From: Chloroflexi bacterium UBA6622
GTDB taxonomy: Bacteria > Chloroflexota > UBA11872
Length of the DNA: 55,393 nt
NCBI GenBank assembly: GCA_002433065.1
Contig: DJHK01000010.1
Span: 10,796 to 66,188 of the forward strand
Direction: 5' to 3'
The position numbers and the translations under genes are program-made. This document shows positions 21,792-31,573 of the stretch, in pieces (the stretch's first letter is position 1; every line of letters begins with the position of its first letter). The notes under the pieces were generated by a model. That model was not told where the DNA came from and ran no database searches. It was given only the letters and a program-made list of their open reading frames with translations.

Positions 21792-22970
21792 ATGAAGCGA
21801 GACATCGATTCCCTCGATGTTCACGACCGTCGGGTCTTCCTCCGCGTCGACGCCAACGTGCCGCTCAGTGGTTCCGAAATCCGTGACGACACGAGACTCC
21901 GAGCAATCATTCCGACGATCACAAAACTCAGGTCGCGCGGCGCCCGGGTGATCTTAGCGTCACACCTTGGTCGACCAGCCGGCAGGCATGATCCAGCCTT
22001 CTCGTTAGCTCCGATCGCGAAACGACTCAGTACCTTGATCGATTTCGAGATACCCCTTGCGCCCGACAGTGTGGGGCGACCTACGGCCAACGCTGTGGCG
22101 GATCTAAAGTCCGGCGAAGTCCTTCTGCTCGAAAACCTCAGATTTCACATAGCGGAAGAGCAGAACGACCCCGAACACGGAGCGGAACTCGCCGACCTGG
22201 CTGACCAATACATCAATGATGCGTTCGGGTCCGCTCATCGCGCACACGCAAGTACCGTCGGCATACCGCAAAGGCTGCCTTCAGCAGCTGGCCCTTTACT
22301 GGCCAAAGAGATCACAGCTCTAGAACGTCTCACCAAGGAGCCAGAACGGCCATTCGTCGCCATAGTTGGAGGCGCGAAAACCTCCGACAAGATCGCTGTG
22401 CTCAAACAACTCGCCGCGGTAACCGATGTCCTCATCCTGGGTGGTGGCCTAGCAAACACATTTCTCGCAAACAATGGTGAAACGCTCGGCCAATCACTAG
22501 TCGAAGCAAACCAAGCCTCTACAACCAACGCGGTATATGCGGTGGCAGCACAATCCGGCTGCCGCATCCTGCTGCCGTCAGATGCAGTGGTCGCGAGAGC
22601 ACCGGATCCTCATGAAACATCGTCCGTCGTTGGCGTGAACAATATCCCTTCTACCTCGATGGTGCTCGACATCGGACCAGAGGCTTCAGAACAGTTTTCC
22701 ACCACGATCAAATCAGCGCGCACAGTCATTTGGAACGGACCAGTCGGCGTCTACGAACACCCAGCGTTCGCAAACGGAAGTTTGCGCATAGCCCAAGCCC
22801 TCGCCGACTCATCAGCCTTCACAGTGGTTGCCGGCGGTGACGCTTTGGCCGTCATAAACAGCACCGGCGATGCAGATCGGATCAGCCACCTCTGTACAGG
22901 AGGCGGTGCCGCACTTGAGTTTATTGAGGGCCGTAGCCTTCCAGGCATCGACATCCTGCCCGACGCCTGA
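21792..22970 (+). CDS. pgk: Phosphoglycerate kinase
   Basis: RVDANVP, SHLGRP, LLENLRF, NDAFGSAHRAH, WNGPVG and GGGAALE. Confidence 0.97.
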   Translation: MKRDIDSLDVHDRRVFLRVDANVPLSGSEIRDDTRLRAIIPTITKLRSRGARVILASHLGRPAGRHDPAFSLAPIAKRLSTLIDFEIPLAPDSVGRPTANAVADLKSGEVLLLENLRFHIAEEQNDPEHGAELADLADQYINDAFGSAHRAHASTVGIPQRLPSAAGPLLAKEITALERLTKEPERPFVAIVGGAKTSDKIAVLKQLAAVTDVLILGGGLANTFLANNGETLGQSLVEANQASTTNAVYAVAAQSGCRILLPSDAVVARAPDPHETSSVVGVNNIPSTSMVLDIGPEASEQFSTTIKSARTVIWNGPVGVYEHPAFANGSLRIAQALADSSAFTVVAGGDALAVINSTGDADRISHLCTGGGAALEFIEGRSLPGIDILPDA

Positions 22971-22973
22971 TCT

Positions 22974-24887
22974 TCAATCAGCATTATCGGGTGAAGAAAG
23001 CCACACCCGTACATCGCCGACACGCCGCGTAATCTGCTGAGAATCGAGATATTCCAGAAAGCTGAGAGCAAACTTTCTGCTGGTGACTAGCTCATCTCGA
23101 ACGGCTGCAACCGTCACCCGCGTACCGTTACCAAAAAGCGGTCGAACCGTATCGACCCAGGATGTGAAAGCTGTCTCGGACATTGCCAGGTCATCGGCCA
23201 AAATAATCAACCTGCGTTCAGCGACCAGCACATCAACAACATGCTGCCCAGCCCCACTTTTTCGACGAGCCTCGGAGAGCGAAGGCGGCGAAGCAATACT
23301 CGCATCAAGAGTCGCAAGTAATCGCTGTGCGACCACTTCATCCTTAGTATCGAGTTGGAATTGATGCTGGGCGTCGGTCACCAGAGATCCATCCAACCGG
23401 AGGTGGCCCTCGTTTGCTTGCGCTAACACCAACTCCACCACTACAGCATCAGGAAGATTCAGTAATCGAGCCAAATTTCCAATTGCTAGCCCTCCACCGG
23501 TTGGATTCTTCTCGTGATACTGCCCGACATGCTCAACAAGCGTTTTAACACGCGCTGTGACAACCGTCGTTGCGACCACAAATGCCCCCAACACTTGAAG
23601 ATCATTGGATTTCTCCAACGACTTGATGACACGCTCGAACTCGTTATCCGAAAGTTGAGTTCGACGCGCCAGCTCATTGAGCCCGAGCACCTCAGTACCC
23701 AGCAACTGTTGAACCAACTGGCTTGGACTCGCTGCTGCCACGTGCTCCAGCTTTTCTAATACTTCCGCGTTTCCTCTAGGAAGGTGGCGAGCCTGCGCGT
23801 TGTAGATCATCCCCCCGCCAATCGTCATAGGAGGTGAAAGGCGGCGTATGACGTAGCGATCCCCTCGCATTACGGCAATTGGCCGAGAAAGTCGCCACTG
23901 CACCCAACCTTCCGAGCCCGGTGATATTGGATCTCGTTCGAGCAACCGAAGGCTAGCCGTCAACTCGCAAGTACCCACATGCAAACCGATTCGTTCCCCA
24001 GGCCTCAACGCCCGGGGTGCTGCGGCTAACATGTTCAGCCGTGCGTCTATCCGCTGGGTCTCCGAAAGTGTCCCCCGTTCCGCCAAAACGCTGCCACGAG
24101 CGATCTCCACATGGCTTACGCCTCCGAGATTCACCGCAACCCGACGGCCCGGGGCGACCTTCTCGTTCGTCTGACGATGGGACTGGAGCGTACGCACGCG
24201 GACCGAACGACCACCCGGGTAAACATCAAGTTGATCACCCGTGGCCAATTCGCCTCCAGACAACGTACCGGTGACCACCGTACCGAAACCGGGCATCGTA
24301 AACACTCGATCTATTGGCAGCCGAGCACACCCGTTTTCCTGCCTGGGCGCACAACCATCAAGCACCAGGTCAAGAGCGCGCCTTAAGTCATCAAGACCTG
24401 TGTTTTTTACAGCTGATACCCGAACCACCGGCACGTCTGCTAACAAGCTGTCACTAAGAAATTGTTGAATGTCAGCCTCCACGAGTTGGAGCCATTCTTC
24501 GTCGACAGCGTCAACCTTGGTTAACGCCACAACGCCAGTATTGATAGCCAGCAACTCGATAATGTCCAAGTGTTCACGGGTTTGTGGCATGACGCCCTCG
24601 TCGGCTGCAATCACAAGGATGACAGCGTCGATGCCGCCAATCCCCGCCAGCATGTTGTGAACAAACCGTTCGTGACCCGGAACGTCCACTACCGAAACTT
24701 CACGTCCACTTGGCAGCGAAAACCAGGCAAAGCCCAGGTCGATCGTGAGACCTCGTTTTTGCTCCTCGATTAGCCGATCCGGATTGATTGCAGTGAGCGC
24801 CTCGACCAGCGTTGATTTTCCGTGATCCACATGGCCAGCAGTACCGACCGTCGCCGACCCAGCAGACGTTGACCTCGCCGTCGTCAT
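22974..24887 (-). CDS. selB: Selenocysteine-specific translation elongation factor
   Basis: [37 protein letters not shown]...GFGTVVTGT and the C-terminal SECIS-binding winged helix RDEL.TSRKFA...LEYLD....TRR.GD.R. Confidence 0.97.
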   Translation of the reverse strand: MTTARSTSAGSATVGTAGHVDHGKSTLVEALTAINPDRLIEEQKRGLTIDLGFAWFSLPSGREVSVVDVPGHERFVHNMLAGIGGIDAVILVIAADEGVMPQTREHLDIIELLAINTGVVALTKVDAVDEEWLQLVEADIQQFLSDSLLADVPVVRVSAVKNTGLDDLRRALDLVLDGCAPRQENGCARLPIDRVFTMPGFGTVVTGTLSGGELATGDQLDVYPGGRSVRVRTLQSHRQTNEKVAPGRRVAVNLGGVSHVEIARGSVLAERGTLSETQRIDARLNMLAAAPRALRPGERIGLHVGTCELTASLRLLERDPISPGSEGWVQWRLSRPIAVMRGDRYVIRRLSPPMTIGGGMIYNAQARHLPRGNAEVLEKLEHVAAASPSQLVQQLLGTEVLGLNELARRTQLSDNEFERVIKSLEKSNDLQVLGAFVVATTVVTARVKTLVEHVGQYHEKNPTGGGLAIGNLARLLNLPDAVVVELVLAQANEGHLRLDGSLVTDAQHQFQLDTKDEVVAQRLLATLDASIASPPSLSEARRKSGAGQHVVDVLVAERRLIILADDLAMSETAFTSWVDTVRPLFGNGTRVTVAAVRDELVTSRKFALSFLEYLDSQQITRRVGDVRVWLSSPDNAD

Positions 24888-24948
24888 ATCATTTCGAAGT
24901 CATTCGCGTCAGGTGACGCTTAAATCCCCAACCATCTCTATTCTTCTC

Positions 24949-25326
24949 ATGCGAACCGCTGACCATGCCGCTGCCGGGTTTATCGCAGCTTCGCTTCTGC
25001 CCTTTACTCGCCAAGAGTCTGTGGAATTCGTCGCGGGCTCGGTGTTTATAGACTTGGACCACTATCCGGGAGCCATAAAGAAATATGGCATTCGTAACCC
25101 CATCGACGGGTGTGTCTTTGCTCTTACTGGCAACCTGCCCGGCCTGGCGGCCGATGATCCGCGTCGACCCATTGAAGTTGACCGACCTCTTCACCGAATC
25201 GAGACCGCTATCGGGCTTGGACTCGTAGCCCTATTGATCAGACGAGCGAGGCCGGCCGCGCTGGGGGTACTACTACATTTTGCGCTGGATGTTCTAGACA
25301 TCGTGACAGATCGAAGAACCGCTTGA
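24949..25326 (+). CDS. Putative membrane-bound metal-dependent hydrolase (YdjM-like)
   Basis: Conserved-looking His/Asp spacing (DH, IDLDH, PLH, LLHFALD) in hydrophobic helices; the ORF track start at 24913 is an alternative. Confidence 0.6.
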   Translation: MRTADHAAAGFIAASLLPFTRQESVEFVAGSVFIDLDHYPGAIKKYGIRNPIDGCVFALTGNLPGLAADDPRRPIEVDRPLHRIETAIGLGLVALLIRRARPAALGVLLHFALDVLDIVTDRRTA

Positions 25327-25340
25327 GGTAACCCGGAACA

Positions 25341-25679
25341 TTAGCCGCTAACTACCATGAGAACGACAACCGTACCTAGTCCAAGTAAGTACGCTAATAC
25401 AGCAGTCAAGATGTTTACAGCAGTCCGACGCCAACTGCTGCGGCGCTCCAATTCAGCGAGTGACACAGACATTTGATCCATAAGATCACGTGTAGTCGCC
25501 ATCTGCTCACGAAGTTCATCAATGGCCAAGGCGTTGACCCGATCTAAATCCGACCCAGACACCTTCGTTGCAGCTTCCTCAACACTGGCCAGACGACCTG
25601 GTAGTTGTTCCAACACATTGGCCAAAACACGCTGGGTCACCTGCTGCAACACTACACGGCTTAGAAATTGAGTAGCCAT
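25341..25679 (-). CDS. Hypothetical coiled-coil protein with a C-terminal transmembrane helix
   Basis: Strong GGAGGTG RBS upstream; helical heptad-like body; hydrophobic tail. Confidence 0.7.
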   Translation of the reverse strand: MATQFLSRVVLQQVTQRVLANVLEQLPGRLASVEEAATKVSGSDLDRVNALAIDELREQMATTRDLMDQMSVSLAELERRSSWRRTAVNILTAVLAYLLGLGTVVVLMVVSG

Positions 25680-25709
25680 ATCACCTCCCCCTTTATACAG
25701 CGCGTCAGC

Positions 25710-28700
25710 TCAACCGACCGGTGGACTGAATTCATCATCAATTCTGTATATAACAGTGTCACCATCACGATAAATCGATCGAACACCCATAGATCTCATA
25801 CGCTCAAATTTCTCGATCGCATCCGGCTCATAGAGGGCCCGTTCCAGTTCACCAACATAAAGCAACCGCACATTAAGCATGGACAGTAATGTCCTAGCAC
25901 GCCATGGGTCCAGTGTGGCAAACAGTTCGCACGTATCGTCAAATCTAGCCTCGACCTGGTGCACATTGCCCCAATGCTGTTGCTTCGCATGCCAGTCCCA
26001 AGCCACCAAAGTTGGCAGCCCCGTATGTGCAGAAATGCGTCCTCCCCAGCGATAGATGGTCGTTGGAGTTTCGGCTAGCGTTGGCGAGCCATTCACATTT
26101 GTTCGAATCCATTCAATCGCTCGATGGTCCGCGTCTAGCGAAATAGGAACACCTGGTGAGGACGCCTGCTCACCACCGACCTCACAAGCTTCATGTCCCT
26201 GATCAATAATAAAACCACCCCTGAGATACGCTTCCCCATCGAGAGTTCGATCCGTTTGTTGTATCCGCAAGCCCACCTTGTGAGGCGTCGAAAGCACGGG
26301 ATACAGGACTGCAGCCACGACCAACAGCCCTACCCCGCCAACCCACAACCTGCGAGCCCAAATCAACGGCCTGGCACCCCCCGCGGTGAAACACCGAACT
26401 AGCGATGGCAGAGCAAACGCCGCGCCCACCCCCAACAGGGTCCACGCCTGCAAATACAATTTGAACACCGTGTTGAGACGCCCGATATCGTCGCGTACTG
26501 CTACAAACTCTGGAATCGACGTAAGTAGCACGCCGGCCAGAAATAGTGCGACGGGCGCCAAGTCCAGTGGCGACTCACGAACTCGCCACGCGGCAACACC
26601 ACCCATCATCACCAAACCCACCATAAGAATTCTGGCCGACCAGCCATCACCCAAGGCAACAAGGCTAAACAGAATCATTACGACCGAAATAGTCAACAAC
26701 ACCCTTTCGACAACAGGCATCAGAGGCGTCGTACGTTCAACCCGCCGACCAAAAAGTATGTTCATCACATGCGTTACGAGTACCGCGATCGGAAGCCCAA
26801 AGATCAACAACCAATTGGAGGCAGACGTTGTCTCAGGTGTTGGAACCACACCTCCGTAATAGCCAACATAGGTCTCATGAAATGGCCAAAAGATCATCCG
26901 AGAGCCCACAAATACCAAGATAGTCGCGGCCACGATCCCCAAAACCATTTCTCGAGAGGACCGAGTGGACCGACTTCGCCATAGCGCATAAGCAAAACCG
27001 CTAACGGTAATCAGGGCATACGCCGGAAAGTCCCAAGGATTAGTCACCCGGTGTATCGCTAAAACCAGCACAACCGGAGCAAGCGCGATGATCCAAGACG
27101 TCCGACCTACAAGCCAACCACTCCGCGAGCGCTCACCCAGGGCCACAAGCCCAACAACACCCACCAGCACCACGCCCGTGTTGGCGTAATTCATCAGGTG
27201 AGGATGGAGATCGCCATACAAAAAGGTGAACCATGGAAACTCGTTTACCGTCCCGGCAATAACACGTGTCGGGGCCCAAAAATCAAAGTCCTGCGCGAGC
27301 CGACCACCCAATACAACTCCAGGAATTTCCATTGCAGCTACACCAGAAATCCCAGCTTCCCGCTGAGCCAGCGAGACGACCTGTAACAAAATCTGTAGGT
27401 TTCCTGCTAGGAGCACAAGACCAACCGCCACCACACCAACCAACGCAGCCTCACGCCAGGGCCTCTTTGCATGAATCCAAAAAGATAACGCCGCGGCGAA
27501 AACCGCGATCGCGGCAGCCGAAAATGCTGACGAAATCGCCAGGTTGTAAGCCACCGAAGGAAGAACACCGAGCGTTTTCACTAGCGCGGCCGTGGGCACG
27601 TGACCAAAGTAGTAGTAGTTCAACTTGCTCCCGGCGTACCACGGGTCATGCGGCGGAAACTGAACACTTCGGATAACAGCATTCAAATGCGCGTAGTCCA
27701 TTGGTTTTTCGCCTCCGAAGACCGGATGCCAAAGATCTGGATTGCTCGCACGGATGAGCAGCATCAAGCCAAAAGCAGCGACGGCCAAAAACTCAATCGC
27801 GACAAGCAACCGCACGGACGTGGAAATGGAATGCCAGAACTTGGGACCTCTAAACCACAACACAATGACCGAGACAACCGCTGCCAAACTTGTTCCCAGC
27901 ACGATCGCCGGCACATCGAATCGAGCAACACCCAGACTTGATAACCACCACGCCGGGATCACTACACCAGCAGGCCCAAGAACCCGGGCCACCGTATAAC
28001 CGCGATCAGGCAAGTGGTGCAACGCTAACCAAAGAAGCGGCCAGATGAGAACGCCCATAGCCCACGTAGCAAGGAACCAAACCACGATGCTCTGGGTCGT
28101 ACCGAGTGGCCGTTCAAGCAACTGTCCCGGCCATCCCGATCTCAACTCGACGGAACTCTGCTCTGTTTCAGTTAGGGTGGTCTGTCGGGTTGTGGCGTCT
28201 CGAGGCAATACCTGAACCGCTCCCCGCACATCCATAGAAGCCAGTCGGTCACTGATCATGCCTAAAGCACCGATCTTTTCGTGGCGCTCGTAAATCACAA
28301 CAGTGGGATGGTCGTAGACACTAAACGCTTCTTCCGCCGCCCGATCATCAAAACTGAAAGGTCCCAACGAAGGGAACGAGTCGAACCTGGCTAGTTCATC
28401 AAAACCAAGAGACCCATCAGATAATGCCGCGTAATACTCGGCGGTTAGCGGGTAGCGTTGGGGAAGCCGTGGAATTGGCCTTGATCCCCGACGACTTGAA
28501 AGAATCACATAATCACTATTCGTCAATACTTCAGCAAAGTGACGCCTTTTAGCGTCGGTATCACGATCGAAGACTCTCAACTCTCGGATTACATATTGGT
28601 CTCGACCACGACCAGACACGTTCAGTGGTAGCGCATCATCCCAATGCTCCACCGCAATTGAGGCACCGGGAGGCACATGGTCATAGACAAACCGAGAGGC

Positions 28701-30077
28701 TGCGACCCTTGAATGCTCACGCTCGTAGATTTGAACAAAGGCCAGTGCCCAAAGCGCTGCACCGCCGATCACCACAAAAGTTAGAGCCTGCCACCACCGC
28801 TGCGTGTAACGTCGATACCCGTTCCCAGAGAATCGTTGCCACCGCCACAGGCTCGCGAGAGCCCATGCTGTAACAAGTGCCAACGCCGGGTATATCGGAT
28901 GGAAATACCGCATGGTCTTGAGAACTAAGGCCCCAAAAATCACAACATTGATTGCAGCCCAAATCAGGGGAATAGCCAACTCATGATTGCCGGTTCTCCA
29001 CCAACGGCCTACAGCAAGCGCCACGCTTCCAAAAGCTACGAACCCGTAAATAGGCCCGAGACCCCAACGCAACATTTGCTCGAGGGGGTATATCCATACA
29101 CCGGTCGCCGCCCACTGAATACCGGGTGGCCAGTCCACCGCTCCGGTTTGAATCCCCTGTTGCTGCGCAAGCGCGCTGAGAAAATCAGGTGAAACTCTCC
29201 AGTCAAGAACAGATCCCGTCGCGAATGCGTACGGTTGGAAAATCCGAAATGCGAAAGATGAGAACAGCACATAGACGATTAGATGGACCACCCACAGCGT
29301 TCGCGAAGTCCTTCCACCCCAAAAAACGCCGTCTCTAACACCAGCGTGAATCCACCAAGCAGCGAACAGCACCAGTAAGAGCCCGGCACTTAGCTTGCTG
29401 GCCAGGGCAAGCCCCGTTGCAATGCCCGCAAGACCCAGATCACGTGGAAGGCGTAAATCCGCATATCGACATATGAACCATATAGTCAGAGTCGAAAAAA
29501 ACGTGGCAAATGTATCGACGGCAAAGAAGTGCGCAATCTGGATTGAATGCACCGAAAAAGCCATCAGGGCGGCCGCAATTAGCCCGGGCCAGACTCCTAA
29601 ATAACGCCGACCGATCAGGAAGACCAAGAGAACAGTTCCTATGTCGAATGTCGCCGACATCACCCGCCCCACTAGGTACGTGTGGTGGTATCCATCTTTT
29701 CCCAGCAACACCGCGATCTGCTCAACAACAAATATGGGGAACGTCCCGTAGACGAAGAAATCAATCCCATGATTAAACGGGTTCAATGGCGACAGGGTTG
29801 GATCAAAGTAGGTGACCAGATCAGAAGCAGGTCTAATGTTGGTCAAAAGGATGCTGAGAAATCTCTCGTCCGGATGTAGGTGATGGCCCTGATCCCAATC
29901 AAACCCAGTCAACCTAAGGCCAGCAGCCACAGCTACTATCAGTGCAAGAAGCGTTCCTGTCAGGACGTGCCGCACAAGAAAATCCCTACGAAACCCGGTC
30001 GACGCGTCTTCCGAGCTATGCCCAGAAACCAGCACTCTGTACAAATGCGACACCCTGCTCAAGGCAGTCGCTTCCAC
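25710..30077 (-). CDS. Large polytopic membrane protein: N-terminal PMT/GT-C-like domain plus DUF2298 (Chlor_Arch_YYY) domain
   Basis: HPDER, YGTFP, EHWDD.LP, EEAFSVYDHP, GGEKPMD, NYYYFG, NEFP.FTFLYGDLHPH and NTVFKLYLQAW; many transmembrane segments. Confidence 0.88.
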   Translation of the reverse strand: MEATALSRVSHLYRVLVSGHSSEDASTGFRRDFLVRHVLTGTLLALIVAVAAGLRLTGFDWDQGHHLHPDERFLSILLTNIRPASDLVTYFDPTLSPLNPFNHGIDFFVYGTFPIFVVEQIAVLLGKDGYHHTYLVGRVMSATFDIGTVLLVFLIGRRYLGVWPGLIAAALMAFSVHSIQIAHFFAVDTFATFFSTLTIWFICRYADLRLPRDLGLAGIATGLALASKLSAGLLLVLFAAWWIHAGVRDGVFWGGRTSRTLWVVHLIVYVLFSSFAFRIFQPYAFATGSVLDWRVSPDFLSALAQQQGIQTGAVDWPPGIQWAATGVWIYPLEQMLRWGLGPIYGFVAFGSVALAVGRWWRTGNHELAIPLIWAAINVVIFGALVLKTMRYFHPIYPALALVTAWALASLWRWQRFSGNGYRRYTQRWWQALTFVVIGGAALWALAFVQIYEREHSRVAASRFVYDHVPPGASIAVEHWDDALPLNVSGRGRDQYVIRELRVFDRDTDAKRRHFAEVLTNSDYVILSSRRGSRPIPRLPQRYPLTAEYYAALSDGSLGFDELARFDSFPSLGPFSFDDRAAEEAFSVYDHPTVVIYERHEKIGALGMISDRLASMDVRGAVQVLPRDATTRQTTLTETEQSSVELRSGWPGQLLERPLGTTQSIVVWFLATWAMGVLIWPLLWLALHHLPDRGYTVARVLGPAGVVIPAWWLSSLGVARFDVPAIVLGTSLAAVVSVIVLWFRGPKFWHSISTSVRLLVAIEFLAVAAFGLMLLIRASNPDLWHPVFGGEKPMDYAHLNAVIRSVQFPPHDPWYAGSKLNYYYFGHVPTAALVKTLGVLPSVAYNLAISSAFSAAAIAVFAAALSFWIHAKRPWREAALVGVVAVGLVLLAGNLQILLQVVSLAQREAGISGVAAMEIPGVVLGGRLAQDFDFWAPTRVIAGTVNEFPWFTFLYGDLHPHLMNYANTGVVLVGVVGLVALGERSRSGWLVGRTSWIIALAPVVLVLAIHRVTNPWDFPAYALITVSGFAYALWRSRSTRSSREMVLGIVAATILVFVGSRMIFWPFHETYVGYYGGVVPTPETTSASNWLLIFGLPIAVLVTHVMNILFGRRVERTTPLMPVVERVLLTISVVMILFSLVALGDGWSARILMVGLVMMGGVAAWRVRESPLDLAPVALFLAGVLLTSIPEFVAVRDDIGRLNTVFKLYLQAWTLLGVGAAFALPSLVRCFTAGGARPLIWARRLWVGGVGLLVVAAVLYPVLSTPHKVGLRIQQTDRTLDGEAYLRGGFIIDQGHEACEVGGEQASSPGVPISLDADHRAIEWIRTNVNGSPTLAETPTTIYRWGGRISAHTGLPTLVAWDWHAKQQHWGNVHQVEARFDDTCELFATLDPWRARTLLSMLNVRLLYVGELERALYEPDAIEKFERMRSMGVRSIYRDGDTVIYRIDDEFSPPVG

Positions 30078-30085
30078 TGCCCCAC

Positions 30086-30868
30086 CTAGCTACCTCCACG
30101 CAGGGAAACATCGCCGTTTCGAATTTTGCGTATCGCACCATCAACCGTTTGCAACAACAACGAGCCATCCCGGTCAAAGCCTGCTACACGTCCCCGGTCA
30201 ATCTCCGTTCCGCTCACCTCAACCTCATGACCCAGCACAGTTGAACGGGCAACCCAATCGTTAAACAATTCAGTCTTAAGGCTTGCTCTGGCGTCAACTG
30301 CACTGAGAATCTCGTCAACCACAAACGCCAACAACTCAGTTCTATCGATAGCTTGGTCAGCGTATTCGGTGATCGCAGACGTTGGCTGACCATCAACAAT
30401 TCCTGGGGCTGTCCCGACATTAATACCGACACCAATCACCGCGTGTGGTTGCTGGACCGATATCAATATGCCTCCTACCTTCGCGTTACCAAGCATTAAG
30501 TCATTTGGCCACTTAATAAGTAATGCAACGCCAACACATTGCTCAATGGCTCGAGCCACGCCAACCGAGGCTGCGATTGTTAGAAGCCCAGCAAGGTCAC
30601 CATCAGTATTCACGTTCCGAACAACGAGTGAAAACATCAGGTTTCCAGGCGCTGCTAACCACGAACGACCCAAACGTCCACGCCCAGATAACTGACGTTC
30701 CGCAACAAATATGGATCCGTGCTGGGCACCATCCTTCAGCTGCTCTAAAGCATCATCTTGAGTGGACCCTGTAACGGCGGCCACATGTACCGGCGCATAC
30801 CGCCGTCGAGCTTGCAAGCTCGACCGCAGACTGTCCTCGTTTAAAGACGACCAGCAGCTGGAACTCAT
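30086..30868 (-). CDS. birA: Biotin--[acetyl-CoA carboxylase] ligase without an N-terminal HTH
   Basis: STQD, Q.SGRGRLGRSW, KWPND, KVGGIL and GVGINV. Confidence 0.95.
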   Translation of the reverse strand: MSSSCWSSLNEDSLRSSLQARRRYAPVHVAAVTGSTQDDALEQLKDGAQHGSIFVAERQLSGRGRLGRSWLAAPGNLMFSLVVRNVNTDGDLAGLLTIAASVGVARAIEQCVGVALLIKWPNDLMLGNAKVGGILISVQQPHAVIGVGINVGTAPGIVDGQPTSAITEYADQAIDRTELLAFVVDEILSAVDARASLKTELFNDWVARSTVLGHEVEVSGTEIDRGRVAGFDRDGSLLLQTVDGAIRKIRNGDVSLRGGS

Positions 30869-31060
30869 TAGTTGGCATTACAGCATGATTTAGTGTGACA
30901 AGTCTCGCTAAACAAGAATGTTCGCAAAAGGCTGTAACAACTAATCAGGGGTCAAAATATAGATTTGTCCTACAAACGACTTTTTCCAACGCGGCGTAAC
31001 AGGTATGCTTCCCGCGGTGGGTACGCCGCCCCTATGTAACGGTTATAAAAGGAGCAACTC

Positions 31061-31261
31061 GTGGCTTATAGCGTGGTGAGCAAGAAGTCGGGAACTAACT
31101 ACTATCTCCACACACGTGAGGTAACGCTCCGGGGCGGTCGCCAGCAGCGTATTTATTACTTCGCCAAGAAAGAAGGCGATGGTGCACTCGACGCTTTGCC
31201 AGATGGATACGTTGTATCCGAAAACCCGCGAACGGGACTTCCTCTCCTAAAGAAGGGGTAG
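31061..31261 (+). CDS. Small basic conserved protein, possibly nucleic-acid binding
   Basis: AAAAGGAG RBS before the GTG; YYLH..EVTLRGGR.Q.IYYF and LP.GY.V.EN.RTGLP.LKK is a small-protein pattern I recognise from memory. Confidence 0.85.
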   Translation: MAYSVVSKKSGTNYYLHTREVTLRGGRQQRIYYFAKKEGDGALDALPDGYVVSENPRTGLPLLKKG

Positions 31262-31573
31262 AGCTCCAACAGGTCGGCCTGCTTCGAAGCGTGAAGCTGG
31301 CGCACATCATTAATTTGTCTTGCGGTGATCGCTGTAGGTTACTGCTATGGCGTAACAAGCGTCATGTGAGCTTGGTTCTGTAGACGCGCGCGGTTTCCTG
31401 GCACAAGCTCCGAGGCTGTTTAGCTACGCTGGCAACGGCCAGCACCGCGTATAGTTGCAGCTTTTGTGTATGACCGTTGAGGTTAATCACCACCAAGACG
31501 GTGCCGCCTTAACCCCCATGCCACCACTCTACACCGGGCCCCTATCCCATTCGCAAACATCTAGTGTCGTTCG

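Noticed and set aside
26095-26115. GTTCGAATCC resembling a tRNA T-loop (possible selC)
   Set aside because: It lies inside the YYY gene, antisense to EWIRTN codons, with no cloverleaf around it.
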